A DNA stretch of 24,840 bases from an uncultured virus (IMG/VR IMGVR_UViG_3300025132_000001). Taxonomy: Duplodnaviria > Heunggongvirae > Uroviricota > Caudoviricetes. The notes beneath the pieces were generated by a model. That model was not told the DNA's origin and did no database searches. It saw only the letters and a list, made by a program, of their open reading frames with translations. This document shows positions 20,301 to 24,840 of the stretch, one piece after another; position 1 is the stretch's first letter, and each line of letters starts with the position of its first letter. The stretch lies in the IMG/VR virus record IMGVR_UViG_3300025132_000001. The stretch is one strand, 5' to 3'. A program made the translations under genes and the position numbers.

Positions 20301-22487
20301 TTAAAATTAAAAGCAGGAGTAAAACAAAAATTTAAATCTAAAGAACAAATAGAAATTGAAAAGAGCCCTGCTTTATCTAGATTTAGAGAGTTTCATGAAA
20401 AAATGGCTTGGAAATTTGCCAATATGATGGGTATAGATGTACATGCAGGATATATCGCTGACGTACAAAAAGATCTATTTGCTTCAATGATGGAAGATGG
20501 ATTTAATATTAATCAAATTACACAGGCTGTTACTGATCTATTTCAAGTACGTCAACATGAACAAGGATTTGGATTTCTCGACGAAAATGGAGAGTTTATG
20601 AGACAAATTCCTAGGTTACATACAGTACAACTCTTTAACAAAGATGGTTCACCAGACAATTCTTTAAAATCAAAAGAATTAGGAAAAAGTTTATATCTTT
20701 TAGGTAAAGCTGCTTATCAGTATAAGTATAATATGGAAGTTCTTCCACAGTTAAGTCTATTAAAAAGAATGCTTACTGATAAATTTCCTGCAGCGCAAGA
20801 GCTTCAAACAGATGTATTTGGTAAATTAGTGATAGACTCTACAGGAGAAGTTAGAAAAAAAGTTCAAAGTGCCAATGCGGAAACTATTACAGATGTTATT
20901 GATCAAGAAATTTATGGTAGAAGTTTAAAAACACAAGATGTGGTAACTCCAGGGCGAGTCAGTAGAAATAAAACTATCCTTTCTTTAAAATCTTATCACA
21001 GTTTAACAACATTAGGATTAAGTGTACCTGTTGCATTAGGTGCTTTTGGAGCAGGTATGGTAAACACATTTACACAATCTTCTAAAGGAATACATTATAC
21101 TACTAAACAATTATTATCTGCACAAAAATCTTTATTGTCTATGGATCCTAAAATTCAAGCAATATTTGAATTTTTTGAACTTAGTTTAATTGATGAAATT
21201 CATAGACGTGGGGACATGTTATCTACTAATTTTAGAACTAAGTATATGCAAACAGATAGATTCTTTGAGTTTTTAGCGCGAGCAGATAAAACTATTGACG
21301 CAGTACTTGCTGTAGCAATGGCTAAAAATCACGGGATACATCCTGAAACAGGAGAGTTAAAACGTATTAAAGAGTTACCTGAAGGTACAAAATCTATTTA
21401 TGAGTCTATAGATGCAGTTCAAGATCCTAAATGGAAAATGGGCTCTGTAAGAAATAAATATCAAGTTAATTTAAAAGGATTTCAAAAAGAAAAAGCTAAA
21501 GAAAATATAACTCAAAAAGAATTAGAAGCTTTACAAGAAAAAAATAATCGAGCATTAAATGCTTGGGGAACTTTCCAGGCTAGAGTACAAAGAATTTCTA
21601 GTAAAGTAAAAGGTACAATGAATGTTAATGATAAAGCATTATTTAATCAACATTTAATAGGTAGATTAATGATGCATTATAGAACTTGGTTACCTGCTTT
21701 AGCGCATGAAAGATTTGCATCTTTACGTTATGATCATGTAATGGATCATTATGATGAGGGTACATGGAGAAGTTTATTTAGAAATGTTGGTAAAGATAAG
21801 ACTTTTGATTCTATTAAACAAGCTATAGACACAGAAGTTTCTTATTTATCTTTAGCTACAGAAATAGGAAAAGACATATTAAAAATTGGAGTAGATGTAG
21901 GAACATTTGGATTAGCTAAATGGGATTTAAAAGAAGGGAAAGCTAAATTACAATTTGAAGAGTTTTTAAATCAACATATTGGAGATCCTCAATATATGAA
22001 AGGTAATAGACTTTTAAATGAGTCTGATCCTGAATATACAGCAGAATTTGAAAAATTTATTGAATTAAAACGTGCAAATCTTAGAGCAGGGCTAGCTGAA
22101 TTACGTGCAGTATTATTGTTAATGTTAACTTTAATGGGCCTTGGAGGAGATTGGGACGAAGATGGTGATATAGATATAAGAGAAAGTTGGTCAGGTAGAA
22201 AGCTTCATAATATTATGAATAGAGTATATAGAGAAACTGCATTTTTCTTAGATCTAAGAGAACTTACGGGTCCTAGAGCGTCTGGGTTACCATTAATTAG
22301 TTTAGGTAGTCAACTGATTCAATTTAGTAGTAATTCTGTAGATGAGTTACTTGATGCTGTTACAGGTAGAGACGATAAAGATGATAAGTATAATGGTGGA
22401 TATTATGGGTTTAAATTTATTCCTGGTAATAAATTAATTAGACCACTTGAACCTTTTGCAGCAGATAAACATAGTAGAACTGATTAA
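17331..22487 (+). CDS. Large virion cargo protein (1718 aa) with a degenerate zincin-like domain, a PD-(D/E)xK nuclease domain and a C-terminal hydrophobic helix
   Basis: Starts 1 nt after the vRNAP stop (TAA-T-ATG). Degenerate zincin: EEGAH (17775-17789) with downstream REAMAKII. Nuclease motifs: GTAGH (18543), E, GGTIDLL (D at 18807), IYDYK (K at 18855) and QISGY (18954). Hydrophobic segments at about 21003-21062 and about 22107-22148 (AVLLLMLTLMGLGG). Confidence 0.85.
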   Translation: MACRVIKNDQGRVIEVYQENGTPSVLFTQISEVLPDADLAYATYHRAMIDSQSNIEPTFESVLPYVQAARNNSIEYKKVLLEADVQNKETALIENLDNFLRSINVNVSIVNNLVDTTTDKPISIAARARLGQKLIEIAQDRATLKDFAEEGAHFLVEILRETQAPLYTGMEQLVTSYQIYKDMMKEDNFYYQKYKGDQDLIKREAMAKIIALNLLNKNLDSQHVDTSFQESPEKLSRLERWGKRLVAWIKKLWGSVSGNAFVQSSQLILNNSLDEYLAAQGLLSAKETAGNVVLPNLEMPSVGQPNTDTKTKDIVTRLDKYDVYELKDDIPVGEKKYWKLLTDQSDLYIQRYVHKDDASKILEVRMTDAAQLLYLQKQKGRKLPYQSKEEKKFWEEVMAKRAATGTAGHNTLEALLRYHTKDKNIKSDETTLLQIQQKYGFNDVHFRLLNANLKALLKHTANIQKQIDPEQSPIYRPEQFVINKTEDAGGTIDLLVIYSNGTASIYDYKFSTPSKMHLHWRNKQRVLKSDPWADKTEQYDVQISGYKQALLDKYGITDVIESRIIPVAVYYEVVKGKPTSRVVSMKMGGHFLSELYTAEEKKILKEDPDAGFLEPIPVAGEKTGIESIDRLITKERDRLAILIKEKGDANFQKKQVLTKRIGFSRNILKRLALKKNVDSAIIEAFRVRKRAEEGLASNNQNEKNEDGSVNTKYMKDDELQQVYLDLKHFEGFLKLQDLMDHYGKIQKSEEDAGRKNEELWKEMEKEKENIKKLLSDVGVLQLTLEAIENKIVERAQDYVKKLGMDPQSITNYNTSITGIGKLMIPLSAQTNPYMRAIYLTKRDINSKITQVTKELAAEIEDIQNAVIEEFGHTGVQIYDKLINPYTMNFYSRWDESWREQKEQALETGNVSWIKEHFEINPAFFEKKGKFNFHTMKADMEKIVRETMQSNQDGSFTQNQKKELERLLSRWDVKSFDAAWLNPKNLTGRFGLKLKAGVKQKFKSKEQIEIEKSPALSRFREFHEKMAWKFANMMGIDVHAGYIADVQKDLFASMMEDGFNINQITQAVTDLFQVRQHEQGFGFLDENGEFMRQIPRLHTVQLFNKDGSPDNSLKSKELGKSLYLLGKAAYQYKYNMEVLPQLSLLKRMLTDKFPAAQELQTDVFGKLVIDSTGEVRKKVQSANAETITDVIDQEIYGRSLKTQDVVTPGRVSRNKTILSLKSYHSLTTLGLSVPVALGAFGAGMVNTFTQSSKGIHYTTKQLLSAQKSLLSMDPKIQAIFEFFELSLIDEIHRRGDMLSTNFRTKYMQTDRFFEFLARADKTIDAVLAVAMAKNHGIHPETGELKRIKELPEGTKSIYESIDAVQDPKWKMGSVRNKYQVNLKGFQKEKAKENITQKELEALQEKNNRALNAWGTFQARVQRISSKVKGTMNVNDKALFNQHLIGRLMMHYRTWLPALAHERFASLRYDHVMDHYDEGTWRSLFRNVGKDKTFDSIKQAIDTEVSYLSLATEIGKDILKIGVDVGTFGLAKWDLKEGKAKLQFEEFLNQHIGDPQYMKGNRLLNESDPEYTAEFEKFIELKRANLRAGLAELRAVLLLMLTLMGLGGDWDEDGDIDIRESWSGRKLHNIMNRVYRETAFFLDLRELTGPRASGLPLISLGSQLIQFSSNSVDELLDAVTGRDDKDDKYNGGYYGFKFIPGNKLIRPLEPFAADKHSRTD
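18540..19040 (+). other. PD-(D/E)xK (RecB/Cas4-like) nuclease domain within the 1718-aa protein
   Basis: The canonical order GTxxH ... E ... GxxD ... DYK ... QxxxY is present and intact. No Fe-S cluster cysteines. Confidence 0.85.
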
Positions 22488-22503
22488 AAGGAAGATACCA
22501 GTC

Positions 22504-22530
22504 AAAAAGGGGGTATTAACCGCCCTTTTT
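22504..22530. terminator. Probable bidirectional intrinsic terminator between the convergent blocks
   Basis: AAAAAGGG-GGT-ATTA-ACC-G-CCCTTTTT forms a G/C stem with a 1-nt bulge and a 4-nt loop. An A5 tract on the left and a T5 tract on the right give a U-tail in either direction. It starts 17 nt after the + strand stop and overlaps the last codons of the - strand gene. Confidence 0.75.
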
Positions 22531-22896
22531 CTCTTTTATCGCCATTTTTAACAGAAATAAATATCCAATTAAGTCATCAACTGTATCTTCAGTTTTATCC
22601 GTAATTCCTTTATTTTTAATTCTCATTAATTTATCATCTATTCTAGAACATAAAGCTTCTTCTGCATTTAATTTGCTAAATATATTAGCTGGATTTAATG
22701 CGCTATTACCATAAGCTTTATTTTTTTCTGTTAATAGATCTACAATTTTTTTAGCTTCTTTTTTTAAATCTGCTGCAAATGTCAAATTTTTCATTTCAGT
22801 TACTGTGTACGGTGTGTCAGGTTGTAACCCGTCTGGTACATCGCAAGGCTCAAATGAAAAATCTTCTTCATAGTGGTGTCTCCATACTTTTTTCAT
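22516..22896 (-). CDS. Nucleotide modification-associated domain 1 (Nmad1/DUF1599)-like protein; possible helical NTP pyrophosphohydrolase
   Basis: Motifs KNKAYGNS, RIDDKLMRI and DTVDDLIGY match the pattern I recognise for this phage family. There is an N-terminal extension of about 40 aa. The start overlaps the upstream gene's stop (ATGA). Confidence 0.7.
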   Translation of the reverse strand: MKKVWRHHYEEDFSFEPCDVPDGLQPDTPYTVTEMKNLTFAADLKKEAKKIVDLLTEKNKAYGNSALNPANIFSKLNAEEALCSRIDDKLMRIKNKGITDKTEDTVDDLIGYLFLLKMAIKEKKGG

Positions 22897-23645
22897 ACGT
22901 AATAATTTTTATTAAATAGTTCATCTTTAAGATTAGGTATACTGAATAATTCTGCATCATCAGGTAAATGTTCTCCAATCTTTTTTTCTAATCTGGCTTT
23001 TCTACGTTTAGACTTAAATAAAATTTGTCCAATAAAATGGTCTGCTTCAAGTTCATGAAATTCAAGTATTTTTATTTTAAACTCTCGTGAAAACTTTGAA
23101 TACTTACCTTGTAGAAAAAGGTCAAAATGTTTATAATGTTTGGTGGGTACGGTAAATGTTAGTAGTATGTATTTTAAAATTCCATCATTTATAATTTCGT
23201 AACTATAAAAGTTTTTAAATTGTTTAACTGTGTTTCTAAGTTTTGCAAATAAAGCATCATTAGAATATTTATAAAGAAGTGTAATTTTGTCATCTAACCT
23301 ATCTATACCTACAAAAGTATTAAAATGAAGTCTATTATAATGCCATAAATTTCTTGTTCCTCCTAACATAGGAGTTAAAAATAATGATGATTTATTTTTG
23401 TTACATGTTTTTAAGTCGTAATACTCAATGTTATTAGTTTTTCTTCGTGATATGATATTTACTTTAAAGGAATTTTTATTAAGATCTATAATTTCTCCCC
23501 TAGAAATTATTTTGTTAGATATTTCTAAAGAAACGATGTCCTTCTCATAATAATGAGGTTTAACGGACTTCATTCCTCCAGAAATTCTAACAATATTTGC
23601 CCCGATATTTGAATATTTAGGGATATCGCATTTAACTTTTGTCAT
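22893..23645 (-). CDS. Hypothetical phage protein (250 aa, basic)
   Basis: Intact ORF overlapping both neighbours (14 nt and 4 nt), ending in TGA. The C-terminal part (FLQGKYSKFS...LEKKIGEHLPDDAELFSIP) resembles uncharacterised crAss-like proteins from recall only. No function can be assigned. Confidence 0.8.
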   Translation of the reverse strand: MTKVKCDIPKYSNIGANIVRISGGMKSVKPHYYEKDIVSLEISNKIISRGEIIDLNKNSFKVNIISRRKTNNIEYYDLKTCNKNKSSLFLTPMLGGTRNLWHYNRLHFNTFVGIDRLDDKITLLYKYSNDALFAKLRNTVKQFKNFYSYEIINDGILKYILLTFTVPTKHYKHFDLFLQGKYSKFSREFKIKILEFHELEADHFIGQILFKSKRRKARLEKKIGEHLPDDAELFSIPNLKDELFNKNYYV

Positions 23646-24462
23646 TACTGTTGGTATTTAAAATATTTACATTAAAAATTTCAAGCTCCTCTAGCTCGAT
23701 ACCTGTGGACTGAAGCACGTCGTCTGCTGAACGCAGAATATATAATAAGTTAAACGTCTCTCCAAAGATACTAATTCCTTTTTGAATTCCAAATTTTTCA
23801 ATGTATTTATTTAATACCACAGTAGGCATATCTGTTAATTTTTGATCTTTTAATATTAATTCAGCTGTTTTAGGGCCTATTTTTGGCACGCCAGGCACGC
23901 CATCACCAGGATCTCCCATTAACATCTGCTTCCATAAAAAGTACTCTGCTTCTGTGCTGTTTATTGTGATCCATTCTGTTTTTCCGTAGTTATAATGTTT
24001 TCCTTTTGTCTGATATATAACATCTTTATCTGGACTACATAAAATAGAGTTGCCAGTTTTATAAGCAACTACTAAATCATCTGCTTCTAATCCTTTTACA
24101 AATTTAAAGTTCCAAGTTTGTTGTATATATTCTTTTAAAGCATAAAAAATAGGAGGTTTTGCTCCACCTTTTCTATTACCTTTATAGGGTCGTGATTTAG
24201 CTACATCGTATCTAAAACATCTTCCTATAGTTAAAAAGCCTGCAAACCTTGCAGTATTGCATCTTGCCAAAATATCTATTATCCTGCGATCTAAGCACAC
24301 CATTGCTTCCTCTAGTGTAGCCTTACCCATTTCATAATAAAGTAAGCTATCACCGTCTATTAAAGCGACAGGGCCATCTTCAGGTAATTCTGGCAATATT
24401 CCAAATAAAGATTCGTTTGAATTGTCTTCCCATAAAGACTCTATTGTTTCACCAATTCCCAT
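23632..24462 (-). CDS. 5'-3' exonuclease / flap endonuclease (T5 D15 / T7 gp6 / PolA N-terminal family), 276 aa
   Basis: Motifs ALIDGDSLLY, FR...YKGNRK, GLEADDL, SPDKD and the helix-3-turn-helix LMGDPGDGVPGVPKIGPKTA are present. ATG at 24462 is preferred over the track's start at 24498, which lies inside an inverted-repeat structure. Confidence 0.92.
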   Translation of the reverse strand: MGIGETIESLWEDNSNESLFGILPELPEDGPVALIDGDSLLYYEMGKATLEEAMVCLDRRIIDILARCNTARFAGFLTIGRCFRYDVAKSRPYKGNRKGGAKPPIFYALKEYIQQTWNFKFVKGLEADDLVVAYKTGNSILCSPDKDVIYQTKGKHYNYGKTEWITINSTEAEYFLWKQMLMGDPGDGVPGVPKIGPKTAELILKDQKLTDMPTVVLNKYIEKFGIQKGISIFGETFNLLYILRSADDVLQSTGIELEELEIFNVNILNTNSNDKS

Positions 24463-24476
24463 AATTATTGTATTTA

Positions 24477-24570
24477 AATAATAAAGCGTACGCCCCACAA
24501 AGTACTAAAATTCAGGGGTGCGGACGACGACCAAGTTTTAAACATCCCCCAAGACGTACGCTCTATTATT
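24477..24570 (-). other. Intergenic inverted repeat / putative structured RNA element
   Basis: Arms 24477-24492 (AATAATAAAGCGTACG) and 24555-24570 (CGTACGCTCTATTATT) are complementary at 15/16 positions. They enclose an inner GGGGTG/CATCCCC pairing and a GC-enriched core. Confidence 0.6.
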
Positions 24571-24578
24571 ATTATTAA

Positions 24579-24839
24579 TTAAAGTGCATTTAATTCTGAC
24601 ACTTCCTTATCACATTCTATTTTACATTCAGACTTAGCTTGTACAGCTTCGGCTCTCATTTTGTTCCATTCCTCATCTGTTTGTGCAGCATAAGTAGAAC
24701 TATGATATATAGAACCATTTACACCTGCCAAAGAAGAATGTACAAAATACTGTAAACATCTGATCGCACCATCTTCATCATCAGGTACTGCACCAATATG
24801 CATAGGATCAATAAATACATTATGGATCTCACCACTATA
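24579..24839 (-). CDS. C-terminal part of a gene starting beyond the window; rIIB-like protein (tentative)
   Basis: The frame stays open from 24803 to the window edge (YSGEIHNVFIDPMHIGAVPDDEDGAIRCLQYFV). The pattern V-x-I-x-P-xx-I-x-x-V-P-x-D...R-xx-Q-Y-x-V resembles the conserved C-terminus of T4 rIIB-family proteins. Confidence 0.5.
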   Translation of the reverse strand, partial: YSGEIHNVFIDPMHIGAVPDDEDGAIRCLQYFVHSSLAGVNGSIYHSSTYAAQTDEEWNKMRAEAVQAKSECKIECDKEVSELNAL

Positions 24840-24840
24840 C

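Larger units (their letters stand above)
1..24840. mobile_element. Segment of a crAss-like (Crassvirales-type) phage genome
   Basis: DFDID-type vRNAP fused to a zincin, adjacent giant cargo genes with a PD-(D/E)xK domain, a convergent DNA-metabolism block, dense gene packing, A-rich starts without Shine-Dalgarno sequences and no host housekeeping genes. Confidence 0.88.

Noticed and set aside
24463..24498. 12-codon N-terminal extension of the exonuclease from the track start at 24498
   Set aside because: It is a non-ATG start buried in the inverted repeat. ATG 24462 has an AT-rich leader with A at -3.
24497..24510. Bacteroidota -7 promoter element (TAnnTTTG) on the - strand, read as TAGTACTTTG
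   Set aside because: The spacing is one base off consensus and there is no -33 TTTG at the expected distance.
24477..24570. Hammerhead ribozyme, tRNA or CRISPR repeat as the identity of the intergenic structure
   Set aside because: CUGA is present, but the CUGANGA and GAAA core is not. There is no cloverleaf or T-loop and no repeat-spacer periodicity.
1..24840. Stop-codon reassignment (TAG or TGA), known in some Crassvirales
   Set aside because: All genes read through intact in the standard code, including a 14-kb ORF. TGA serves as a coupled stop at 22893-22895. There is no evidence for recoding in this window.

Overview
This AT-rich window (roughly 30% GC by eye) comes from a crAss-like bacteriophage (Crassvirales-type, probably infecting Bacteroidota). 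It spans the junction between two convergent gene blocks. The + strand (1-22487) is a tightly coupled operon of four likely virion cargo/ejection proteins: a 5'-truncated Ala/Asn-rich protein, an 852-aa protein, a 4653-aa polyprotein and a 1718-aa protein. The polyprotein carries hydrophobic and coiled-coil regions, an HExxH zincin domain, a single-chain two-barrel virion RNA polymerase with the DFDID motif and a possible ASCH-like domain. The 1718-aa protein carries a degenerate zincin, a PD-(D/E)xK nuclease and a putative transmembrane helix. A bidirectional hairpin terminator at about 22504-22530 separates this operon from a - strand DNA-metabolism block: a Nmad1/DUF1599-like protein, a hypothetical protein, a 5'-3' exonuclease and a truncated rIIB-like gene. 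The most notable observations are four. (1) About 7,500 residues of cargo protein appear to contain only two cysteines, the last residue of the polymerase polyprotein and residue 3 of the next protein. (2) A duplicated GK[S/A]MSK motif brackets the protease domain. (3) Two cargo proteins share an N-terminal K[YF]QxxG motif. (4) A strand-specific structured RNA element lies upstream of the exonuclease gene. All family assignments come from motifs recognised by eye, not from database searches.
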